Below are positions 29,295-37,567 of a stretch of DNA of 64,000 bases, in pieces (positions within the stretch are counted from its first letter, which is position 1; each line of letters starts with the position of its first letter). The stretch is from NCBI RefSeq assembly GCF_002354655.1, contig NZ_DELY01000050.1, positions 15,885-79,884 of the forward strand, written 5' to 3'. The notes beneath the pieces are model-generated. The model searched no databases. It was given only the letters and a program-made list of their open reading frames with translations, and had not been told where the DNA came from. This DNA is from Pseudomonas sp. UBA2684. Its GTDB lineage: Bacteria > Pseudomonadota > Gammaproteobacteria > Pseudomonadales > Pseudomonadaceae. The position numbers and the translations under genes are program-made.

Positions 29295-30284
29295 TTAATC
29301 AATAAAACTGAGAGGGCCTAGCCTCACAGCATCCTGCAGATGATCCGGAGCCAAGTGCGCATAGCGCATGGTCATAGCCAGGCTGGAGTGACCCAGGATC
29401 TTCTGCAGGGTCAGGATGTTGCCGCCGTTCTGGATGAAGTGGCTTGCGAAGGTGTGTCGCAGCGAGTGAGCCGCCTGCCCTTTCGGTAACTGGATAGTCG
29501 TCTTGGCCAATGCACGGCGGAATGAGGTTATAGCCACGTTGGGCTGGCCATGCTGTTTCCAGTGTTGGCGGATCTTGGCTTCTAGCTCTGAAGTGATCGG
29601 CACAGAACGTACCTTGCCGCTCTTGGTTCCGCTGAAGGTGATCACCCCATTACGGAGCCCGGTCGGTTTGAGCTTTTCAGCTTCTGACCATCGAGCGCCG
29701 GTAGCCAGACAAATAAGCGTGATGATCTCAACGTGTGGGTTATCACAGCGATCACGGATGACCTCTAACAGCTCGCGGAGCTGGTCAGTGGTCAGCCAGG
29801 ACAATTCACGTTCCTGGATCTTCAATGGCTTCACCAGGGCCAACGGGTTGGCGTAGGTGATGACACCCAGTCCGCGCAGTTCGTTGTAGACCGAACGCAG
29901 ATACCCCAGCTCGTTGTTTAGGGTTTTGGGTGACGTGCCCTCCTCCAGCCTGATACGTCGATCATGGGCGTATATCTGCGGATCTAGCTTGGCTCCAAGC
30001 GGATTACCCAGGCGCTTTGCGACCAGATCCAGCTTGGAGCGGCGGCGTACACCGTCCCTTAGCGAATGTCCGTGCAGATCAAACCATGAACCAATCAGAG
30101 CCGTAAGCCGGCGCGCATCGGTGGGCTTGGGTGACCAGCTCGGGTTATCAACGACCTTGGCCCGGCACGTTGCCTCAAACCGTTGGGCCTCGCCCTTGGT
30201 CTTGAAGGTCTTGCGAAAGCGCTTGCCCTTGATCGGCTCAACATCGACCTTCCAGCGCCCGTCCGGCTGTTGCTCAATAGACAT
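29295..30284 (-). CDS. Tyrosine integrase, Pf filamentous-phage type
   Basis: MSIEQQPDGRWKVDVEPIKGKRFRKTFKTKGEA N-terminus like Pf4 PA0728; catalytic GARWSE, KSGK, HSLRH, LGH, RYAH intact; ATG at 30284. Confidence 0.9.
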   Translation of the reverse strand: MSIEQQPDGRWKVDVEPIKGKRFRKTFKTKGEAQRFEATCRAKVVDNPSWSPKPTDARRLTALIGSWFDLHGHSLRDGVRRRSKLDLVAKRLGNPLGAKLDPQIYAHDRRIRLEEGTSPKTLNNELGYLRSVYNELRGLGVITYANPLALVKPLKIQERELSWLTTDQLRELLEVIRDRCDNPHVEIITLICLATGARWSEAEKLKPTGLRNGVITFSGTKSGKVRSVPITSELEAKIRQHWKQHGQPNVAITSFRRALAKTTIQLPKGQAAHSLRHTFASHFIQNGGNILTLQKILGHSSLAMTMRYAHLAPDHLQDAVRLGPLSFID

Positions 30285-30445
30285 TAAACGGCACGCCCCC
30301 ACCTGACGTTGCGCTCTTCCAGCAGGTTTTTGATGTGCTTGTAGATGTCGTGCTCGCTCATGTCCTTGGCGGCGTAGTGATCACGAATGACCGGCCAACA
30401 TTCCCAGGTTTGCAGACGGTCAAGCACATGGAAAGCGCCGGCATG
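30284..30445 (-). pseudogene. 3' stump of a Pf-type replication initiation (rep) gene
   Basis: Manual translation AGAFHVLDRLQTWECWPVIRDHYAAKDMSEHDIYKHIKNLLEERNVRWGRAV*, with a TAATG overlap into the integrase, as in Pf rep-int; no upstream part present. Confidence 0.7.
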
Positions 30446-31291
30446 CGCAGTAAAGCCGGGCAGGAACTGCGCCTACTGGATGTGCCAGCCTATCGCCGTT
30501 ATGGCGCTTACGATGAGTTGCACGGCCTGGGGCTGGCACACAACGCCAGCAGCGAGGATGGGCGCAAGGGAGCCGGTCGCGCCTTCGCCGATACTCTCAA
30601 GCGCGCTACGGCCAAGCATTACGGTCAGCTAGCCGACATGCGCTTTACCGACTTCATCAAGACCAAAATCAAGCCTAAGGGCGCACGCTTGCGCCCCGTC
30701 GATTGTGAGCGCCTGCTGGGACACTGGGCCGCGCGCTACCGTCACGAAACCACGGCTGTAGCCCTGGCCGTGTTGATGCTGACTCACAGCACACGCATCA
30801 GCGAGACCCGGCAAGCCAAGTGGCGGTACTTCGATTTGGTCGGCAAAACCTGGCATATCCCTGCCGTCGACACCAAGACCAAGAAAGCCCACACGCTACC
30901 GCTTACCGCCCAGGTGTGCGCATTTCTGACCCGCTACCGCGCCAGCCAGTCCGCCAAGGGCTATGACGGAGCTTACCTATTTCCCGGGCTCCACGGACAA
31001 CCGTTAAACAGAACGGTCGCACAACTCGCCTTTTCCGCATTGGCGGGCGGGGAATGGACAAGCCATGACCTCAGGAAAGCCGCACGCACGGCCTGGACCG
31101 ATTTGGGTGTCGATTACCTTATTGGCGAGCTGCTGCTAAACCATGCCCTGAAAGCCTTGGACGTAACCTATATCCATACCTCTGCGGAGGTGCAAAAACG
31201 GCAGGCCCTGGAGCGCTGGCATGCCTGGCTCGATGAGCGTGGCTTTGCGGCCTTGCACAGCCCGGCGGACATTGCCTACGCCAGGACATAG
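30443..31291 (+). pseudogene. N-terminally truncated second tyrosine integrase
   Basis: TRISE, KTK, HDLRK, LLNH, TYIH catalytic motifs; no arm-binding N-terminus; abuts the rep stump. Confidence 0.72.
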
Positions 31292-31516
31292 CCAAGACCC
31301 ACCAAACCCAGCTAGCGCGCCCAGTCCCGCAGGCGGCGTGGGCTGGGCATCACCTTAGGAATTGATTACAGGGGAGTAGGTATTAGCGATGTAAACGGCC
31401 TTGCTTCAAGCAGCGTAGTTTCTGCATAGTGGCGACAAGCTTTGATAGCAGCTAAGAACCTGCTCACCACTCTGTCGTAGCTACTGCCGTGACAGCTCTA
31501 CTTATAAGGATTTAGG

Positions 31517-31753
31517 ATGGGCGGAAAACCAAGACCTAAACCGTCGATAGTTGACAATTTCGAAGTTGCTTTTGTCGAGGGACATAGAAAGTACTACTTC
31601 GATCCGGCTGAACAACGATACTACTCATGGGACTCTTTGCACGGAGAGTTTGAAGTTTTCAACCGGCGGGGCTTTCACCTTGGATCAGTCTGCCCGACTA
31701 CAGGCTCACTGCTTAAACCGGCGGTACGCGGCCGCAGAATTAATCCAAATTAG
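31517..31753 (+). CDS. Stand-alone colicin E3-like ribonuclease toxin domain (78 aa)
   Basis: YSWDSLHGEFEVFNRRGFHLGSVCPTTG aligns by eye with ColE3 YEWDSQHGELEGYRASDGQHLGSFDPKTG; AGGA RBS. Confidence 0.8.
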   Translation: MGGKPRPKPSIVDNFEVAFVEGHRKYYFDPAEQRYYSWDSLHGEFEVFNRRGFHLGSVCPTTGSLLKPAVRGRRINPN

Positions 31754-31762
31754 GAGACGCAA

Positions 31763-32074
31763 ATGAGCTTTATAAAACTTTGCCTGTCCGGTGATGTGCT
31801 AGCCGAAGAAATAGATAAATGTGTCGAAGATTGGCATGAAGGGCGTGCAGGTGGTGATCAAGAGCTACATGATTTCCTAGGAATGAACTGGGATGAGTAT
31901 GCCATCTGGGCTACAAACCCATCTATTCTTCCTTTCATTTTGGCCGCCCATTACAAGGGCATATCTCTAGATGAAGAGATCAATAGAGAGCGGTATGCCT
32001 TAGCTGCACGCGCACGCTCAGCTATTGAAGCCAAGCAAATCGAAAAATGGTTGCGTGTCATGGGTAAAATTTAA
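31763..32074 (+). CDS. Hypothetical 103-aa protein, putative antitoxin/immunity protein
   Basis: AGGAG RBS overlaps the toxin stop; its TAA overlaps the next ATG; acidic N-terminal half. Function inferred from position only. Confidence 0.7.
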   Translation: MSFIKLCLSGDVLAEEIDKCVEDWHEGRAGGDQELHDFLGMNWDEYAIWATNPSILPFILAAHYKGISLDEEINRERYALAARARSAIEAKQIEKWLRVMGKI

Positions 32075-33003
32075 TGACGCGAGAGGAAAAAATGGCCAGG
32101 CGTGTATTGGCTATGCGTAACTTACTCCCTCCGTTCGACCTAGTGGGTTTGGCCTCGGAATATGGTGATGTTGAATTCTTGCAGCTTCCGCACGGGGCTG
32201 ACGGAATAACAATTGGTATTGGTGGGCTAGAAAAACCCAAGATACTGATCAACTCTACCGCGCCCGAAACGCGCATGAAGTTCACACTGGCGCATGAAAT
32301 GGGTCATGTTGTTATCCCCTGGCACACTGGCACCATTGTTTCACACTTAGACCCTGGAGAAGAGGATTTCGAATACCTGCAAATGGAGTCCGAGGCGAAT
32401 CGTTTTGCAGCTGAGCTTCTAATGCCAAGCGATTGGTTATCTGGCGAATTCGAAGAGGCTAAATCAATAGAGGGCTACTTTCACGGCGTCCTCAAAAAAT
32501 CTGGCGCATCAAAAGACGCCGCCTTCATTAAGATATTTAAAGCCCTTGCGGCTCCAATCATTTGCGCCTATGTCGACCCAAACTTCCGTCTAATTCAACT
32601 TACAAGATCAAGTACAGCTCCCTATTTTTCGCCGGCAAGACAAACGAAAATAGACAAAACAATGTTCGGTTCCGATAATGAGTTTGAGCAGTTTGAGATT
32701 GACGACAGGATTTATTTTAGCTGGCGATTTACTGGGAAAAACATTACTGAGATAGACCCCAGGAACTGGCGGGAAATTTTAGCTGTTGTCCTCTCTGACA
32801 CTAATTCTGCGGAAAAGCTACAAAGCACAAATGCAACTATGGCCGCCGCTTTCCAGAAGTCTAAAGCACTCAGTGAGCCAGAAATCTGCGGGGCAATAAT
32901 TAGAACCTTCATGACAAAAGACAACTTGTCTTATATTGCGAGCCACCCTCTTTTCGAACAATACGTATTAAAACGAGTTAAAGAACTATCAGTACGAAAA
33001 TAA
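32074..33003 (+). CDS. ImmA/IrrE-family (DUF955) zinc metallopeptidase
   Basis: KFTLAHEMGH (HExxH) and ESEANRFAAELLMP motifs; no N-terminal XRE HTH. Confidence 0.88.
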   Translation: MTREEKMARRVLAMRNLLPPFDLVGLASEYGDVEFLQLPHGADGITIGIGGLEKPKILINSTAPETRMKFTLAHEMGHVVIPWHTGTIVSHLDPGEEDFEYLQMESEANRFAAELLMPSDWLSGEFEEAKSIEGYFHGVLKKSGASKDAAFIKIFKALAAPIICAYVDPNFRLIQLTRSSTAPYFSPARQTKIDKTMFGSDNEFEQFEIDDRIYFSWRFTGKNITEIDPRNWREILAVVLSDTNSAEKLQSTNATMAAAFQKSKALSEPEICGAIIRTFMTKDNLSYIASHPLFEQYVLKRVKELSVRK

Positions 33004-33408
33004 CCTTCAGATAGCCTAATTCGTGAGCCCAGCCTCCTTTTTGGGAAGCGGGTCCCTCCAGAAGACTGCATTCTTTATACGGTCGTCAGGCACGCACGAT
33101 TCACGAATTTTTCAACGCGGCGAAATCATTGCCCTTTGCCCACCATTATTGGCTAATAAACAGCCAAGTCATGCGCCTAACATGTTGATTTACCTAACTT
33201 GTGCCACCTTAAAAAAGGTGGCAAGGTGGACATGGCGGGCGCGCTAACCTCAACCAAATACGCGATAAATACCGATTTTTTGGTTTCATCACCATGATGG
33301 AGAGGCGATCAAACCTCTTCACCTTTAGAGCCTCGTTACCGAACGCCCGCGCCCTTCAACGTATCCATGAAATAAAAAAACCTCAGCCAGGCTGTCTAGC
33401 AGACGCGC

Positions 33409-33436
33409 TTGACTGCCCACCCCTTATGCATACAAT
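33409..33436 (+). promoter_or_regulatory. Sigma-70 promoter of the retron
   Basis: TTGACT-N16-TACAAT immediately before the a1 repeat. Confidence 0.65.
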
Positions 33437-33609
33437 GAAGGTCTCTTTACGCGTTTTTGGAGCGCAAGCTCTAGTCCGGTGTATAGCCAGACTCTAATTT
33501 ATTGATCGGCTTTAGTTGCGACGAAGGCTCGTGTGGGCTTCAGTCGTCGTTCCTCCTCCTAAAGCCCACACGAGCCTTCGTCGCTATATCTTTGGTAAAG
33601 AGAACCTTC
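33437..33609 (+). ncRNA. Retron msr-msd RNA
   Basis: a1/a2 inverted repeats GAAGGTCTCTTTAC (33437-33450) / GTAAAGAGAACCTTC (33595-33609); G33451 next to the stem as candidate branching G; perfect 23-bp msd hairpin 33518-33540 / 33562-33584; upstream of effector and RT. Confidence 0.88.
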
Positions 33610-33650
33610 CTAAAACTGCTGAGTTGATGGCGTGGACTTGAGAGCTAACA

Positions 33651-34613
33651 GTGAAGTTCGATGACAAAAGGATTGAATCTCTAGCTCATGTCACTCTAAA
33701 GAACTCACGAATTGTTCTAACTCAGCCCATACTTTTCCTCTGTGGCGGCCAGATTGATATTAAGTCAGTCGAGCCACTTTCTGTGCGTGGTGCACTTGTT
33801 GATCATCTACACTCAGTTGGCTGCGATTTAGCTCAGGGCATAACACTTGCCGAAGAGTTCGCAGACTGGATTCACGACTCTAACTATCGTGATCTTTTGG
33901 TTTTTGAGAGCGATATAGCCCACATATCCTCGCTCATAGTTATTATTCTTGAGAGCGCGGGGGCACTAACTGAGCTAGGGCTATTCGTAAAAAACAAGGC
34001 GCTTAGAAATAAAATTCTTGTTTTTGTTAGGCAGGATCATTACGAGCAAAACTCTTTTGTCAGGCTAGGCCCTTTGAGGCATTTGGAAGATATCAAGGAA
34101 ACAAGTGTGTGCGCCTATCCTTGGGATCAAGATAATATTAAGAAAAGCCTAGCGCCATCCCTTCAAGAAATGAGGGAGGATATTTTAGGAGCTGTCGCTA
34201 ATCAGGATAAAAGCGAGATTTTTAATGAGGAAAATGACGGGCATATATCTTTTGTAATATATGAGGTCATAAAGACATTCCGCGCACTAAAGCTATTAGA
34301 GATCGAGTCTTATCTGGCTATTTTAAAACTTGAAATTTCAAGGGAAAAATTAAGGCGACTCTTATTTCTTCTCGGTAAATTTAATTTAGTAGGCTGCTCC
34401 AAACGTGGCCACGTTTATTATTACTATGCTGCAACAGAAATTTTGAAAGTGGAATTTGCTGGAAAGTTTGACCAAACAACAGCAAAAATTGCAGCAATGC
34501 AGTTCTATATAAACAACGATGGCGAGTCCAAAAGGGTGAATGTCATTCAGGCTGCTTACAAGCAGTCTGTTTCGGGACCAGCTGCGACCTCATCAAATGG
34601 AACGGGGTCATGA
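33651..34613 (+). CDS. Retron effector, St85/Sen2 RcaT-like (NDT-like domain plus C-terminal wHTH-like region)
   Basis: LFLCGG, DLLVFESDIA, IILESAGALTELGLF motifs; 320 aa; lies between the ncRNA and RT; TGA overlaps the RT ATG. Confidence 0.8.
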   Translation: MKFDDKRIESLAHVTLKNSRIVLTQPILFLCGGQIDIKSVEPLSVRGALVDHLHSVGCDLAQGITLAEEFADWIHDSNYRDLLVFESDIAHISSLIVIILESAGALTELGLFVKNKALRNKILVFVRQDHYEQNSFVRLGPLRHLEDIKETSVCAYPWDQDNIKKSLAPSLQEMREDILGAVANQDKSEIFNEENDGHISFVIYEVIKTFRALKLLEIESYLAILKLEISREKLRRLLFLLGKFNLVGCSKRGHVYYYYAATEILKVEFAGKFDQTTAKIAAMQFYINNDGESKRVNVIQAAYKQSVSGPAATSSNGTGS

Positions 34614-35548
34614 CTATACTGACCGAGCTATCTCAAAAGCTTTTGATTAGCTCAGAAGAGCTAAAAGAATTTATCAATACCGCTCCCTATAGGTACAAGG
34701 TTTACCCAATCCCAAAGCGAAACGGTCGCGGGGTTCGAGTAATTGCGCAACCCACAGAAGTACTGAAAGCAATGCAGCGCATGGTACTTGACGACTTCCT
34801 CGCAGGGCTCCCTGTCCATGCCTGCGCAATGGCCTATAGAGATGGCTTAGGGATAAAGGATAACGCAAGTTTACATGTAAAAAACCAGTACCTTTTAAAA
34901 ATGGACTTTTCTGATTTCTTTCCTTCTATAGGCCCCGACGATCTTATTTCCCACATAAGAAGACATAGAGAAGGAATTGGGCGGGAGGATGCTTATGCAG
35001 TTAAAAAACTGTTTTTTTGGGCCAGGAAAAAAGACCCCACTCATAGATTGAGCATTGGTGCCCCGTCCTCTCCGTTCATCTCAAATACATTGTTGTATGA
35101 TTTTGATTGCAGAGTTAATGATGAGTGCACTCGCCTCGGTATTATTTATACTAGATATGCAGATGATCTTACCTTCACTACAAACAATAAAGGCGTGCTT
35201 TTCGGCATCCCAGATTTCATCACGCATATTTGCAAATTAGTTGACTACCCAACCCTCAAAGTAAATCATGAAAAAACGGTATTTTCTTCCAAAAAAAATA
35301 ATCGCCACGTAACCGGTTTGGTCTTAACAAATGACAACAAGATTTCTTTAGGTCACGATAAAAAAAGACACATTAGATCACTGATATACAAGTACTCTCT
35401 TGGGGGTATCCCCAGCGAGGAAATTTTGGCGTTGAAGGGTATGCTCGCATTTGCCAAACATATTGAACCTGTATTTTATCAAGCTGTCATGCGCAAGTAT
35501 GGGTTTCACGTCTTAGACTCAATCATGAGTTTTCAACCTAAAGAATAA
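34610..35548 (+). CDS. Retron reverse transcriptase
   Basis: Retron region X NASLH, DFSDFFPSI, GAPSSP, RYADDLTF, region 7 VTG. Confidence 0.95.
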   Translation: MTILTELSQKLLISSEELKEFINTAPYRYKVYPIPKRNGRGVRVIAQPTEVLKAMQRMVLDDFLAGLPVHACAMAYRDGLGIKDNASLHVKNQYLLKMDFSDFFPSIGPDDLISHIRRHREGIGREDAYAVKKLFFWARKKDPTHRLSIGAPSSPFISNTLLYDFDCRVNDECTRLGIIYTRYADDLTFTTNNKGVLFGIPDFITHICKLVDYPTLKVNHEKTVFSSKKNNRHVTGLVLTNDNKISLGHDKKRHIRSLIYKYSLGGIPSEEILALKGMLAFAKHIEPVFYQAVMRKYGFHVLDSIMSFQPKE

Positions 35549-35838
35549 CCCCTCAGCATTTGTGCCGTTGGCTGGGCTCGCTTGATGGTGTCGTGTAAGG
35601 ACACGCCTCGACACGGTTCGCCTTAAAAGCTACGCCGATTGTGAATCTGAGACCAAGCACCTTACGAAGACCATGGCAACATCTTCTTAGTGGGGTTTAA
35701 GAGTTTTTGCCTGGGACAATGGATAGCAACTGGCACTGTGTATGCCCTCGTGTATGCCGAGGCAACATAAAACACAGAAAATGCTTAAATATCATGGGCT
35801 TTTAGAGCTTGTTCAAACGACCCCGGCCCACCAAACAT

Positions 35839-35885
35839 ACATCTAAGGGCGTCCACGGACGTCCTTTTTTGTGCCTGAAATCCAG
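35839..35885 (+). repeat. 47-bp direct repeat, copy 1 (contains terminator hairpin)
   Basis: ACATCTAAGGGCGTCCACGGACGTCCTTTTTTGTGCCTGAAATCCAG, identical to 37923-37969; preceded by a damaged ssrA 3' copy. Confidence 0.92.
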
Positions 35886-35975
35886 AAAATACGGGGCTTT
35901 CAGCTCCATATAAGTCCACCTATTGGATATCTGATTTTCGGTGGTGAGCGCTAAATTCAAGCAGCTACCTAACGT

Positions 35976-36242
35976 TCAGCGTGAGCTTCTTGGCACAATA
36001 CCAACCTGCATACCGAACGGATTAAACACGCTATTCAAGGTCTGAACGGTCGGGTTGCTTTCGTCATGTTCTAGCTGACGCAACGCACGTAGGGACAGCT
36101 TACACATCTGTGCGAACCTTGCCTGCTGCAACCCCGTCACGTCCTTGCGTAAACGCCTAACTGCCTCGCCGATAGTGATTTCGCCAGAAGCCAGCTGCTC
36201 CTGTAGCTCGGTGAGAATCCGATTTCGTTCGAGAATATCCAT
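35976..36242 (-). CDS. XRE-family HTH protein, putative HipB-like antitoxin
   Basis: AVRRLRKDVTGLQQARFAQMCKLSLRALRQLEHDESNPTVQTL; TAATG overlap with the upstream hipA stop. Confidence 0.85.
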   Translation of the reverse strand: MDILERNRILTELQEQLASGEITIGEAVRRLRKDVTGLQQARFAQMCKLSLRALRQLEHDESNPTVQTLNSVFNPFGMQVGIVPRSSR

Positions 36243-37567
36243 TAGATGAGCCCCCAGTTTTTGAGCCGCTGAGGCAGATCTCGCAACGCTATGCGCGGAT
36301 GATTCATTGTCGCCGCAGGCAGTCCATCTGCACTCAACAAGTCAGGCAAAGCCAGGAAAGCTTGAGCTGCGGCCCTGAGCCGCTGAAATAGCTCATCAAC
36401 CTCGACCCACTCAGCAGCTTCATCGCAGGCAGCTTTCCAGTCGACCTGACCAGCCATCTCAATCTGCTTTGGCCATTTTGTTGTACGCGTTACACCTTCA
36501 TCATCCATAACCATAGGGGCCAGATCATAGATTGGGGCCAGGCTCATGCCTTGCTCAGTCCGAAGGATTGAGGTGTTTCGACCATGGTTGTCTGAGTTGC
36601 CAAGAATCTGGTTCAGTAAATCACGCCGCATGTACTCGAATACCAAATCACCAACCTGTTCGGCCTGTCCAACGTTTTGCCATAACGCGACCAAATTTCG
36701 TAGCACATCCGAATGCGACATATAGCTGCCAGCTTCGGCTACGCCTGACAGTGAATACATCGACTCAACAGCGACACGATTAACGCCGGCAGGACCAACC
36801 CCACGATCAAAGCGATGCATCCACAGGCTGGGCTTCTTTCCTTCCTCCAAAGCCAATCCTTCGGCTGCTATGGTATCGAGCCCCAACTGCCGAACCGCTC
36901 GATAGAAGCAGTACTCGCTGCGGAGGATGTCCTGATCGGTCTGACTGGCTTTGTTGCGTGCGAATTTCACAAACCAGTGCTGGACAGCATCTGCATCGGG
37001 CAATACAGCGTCGGGATGCAATGCGCCATGGCGGTCTTCTGTTAACAGTAGCTTTGGCGCCTCACCGCCTGCTCCAGTAGCACCGCCAATTGCAGCTCCC
37101 TGCTCATAGGCATACTCCAAAAAGCGTGAGTCGCGGCTGACCACTTCGTCTCGCGTAAAACCCAACACAGGACTGCCTGCGACTGCGCCTGCCGACTCCT
37201 TGATACGCAAATTTCCAATAGGCGCAGGCGTACAGCGCCCCAACAGAAACAAATCCAGGCTCATGCCCTCCGGTCGCTCACCACTCAAACGCTTCAGCAA
37301 AAAGCGTCTAGCCGCTCCAGCAGGCAAGATATCGAAGAGAAAGGCCGGAGCCTTCTTACTCCGCCAAGAGTCCCAACCCAAAGGTAAAGTGGCACTGACC
37401 GCGCCATTCAGACGAGTGCTAATCGAGTCAAGGGAGCCCACTAGATAGCCCTGCTCGTACCCATACGTACAAGGACCATCCAACCCTAGGTCAGGCTGCT
37501 CGAAACCAATCCCCATGGCGTCCTGCCATTCACCACCCGCATAGATTTGTAGAGTGAGCTTGTACAT
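36242..37567 (-). CDS. hipA: HipA-family kinase toxin
   Basis: Gly loop GATGAGGEAPKLLL, GNSDNHGRN, LAPIYDL; likely ATG at 37567. Confidence 0.88.
   Translation of the reverse strand: MYKLTLQIYAGGEWQDAMGIGFEQPDLGLDGPCTYGYEQGYLVGSLDSISTRLNGAVSATLPLGWDSWRSKKAPAFLFDILPAGAARRFLLKRLSGERPEGMSLDLFLLGRCTPAPIGNLRIKESAGAVAGSPVLGFTRDEVVSRDSRFLEYAYEQGAAIGGATGAGGEAPKLLLTEDRHGALHPDAVLPDADAVQHWFVKFARNKASQTDQDILRSEYCFYRAVRQLGLDTIAAEGLALEEGKKPSLWMHRFDRGVGPAGVNRVAVESMYSLSGVAEAGSYMSHSDVLRNLVALWQNVGQAEQVGDLVFEYMRRDLLNQILGNSDNHGRNTSILRTEQGMSLAPIYDLAPMVMDDEGVTRTTKWPKQIEMAGQVDWKAACDEAAEWVEVDELFQRLRAAAQAFLALPDLLSADGLPAATMNHPRIALRDLPQRLKNWGLI

Noticed and set aside
30335-30442. First 36 codons of the 318-aa integrase ORF
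   Set aside because: They are the antisense strand of the Pf rep stump, not integrase sequence.
31517-32074. Interpretation as an S-type pyocin/colicin with immunity gene
   Set aside because: No receptor or translocation domain, no lysis gene, no SOS box seen, and it is coupled to a peptidase.
33023-33497. Short ORFs 33023-33247 and 33294-33497
   Set aside because: No clear RBS or motif, and the second overlaps the retron promoter and msr.
33518-33584. Long hairpin read as a terminator, REP or CRISPR repeat
   Set aside because: Single copy with no U-tract or spacers, enclosed by a1/a2 repeats upstream of a retron RT; msd explains it better.
28926-35811. Intact prophage or ICE
   Set aside because: No structural, packaging, conjugation or full replication genes; only relics.
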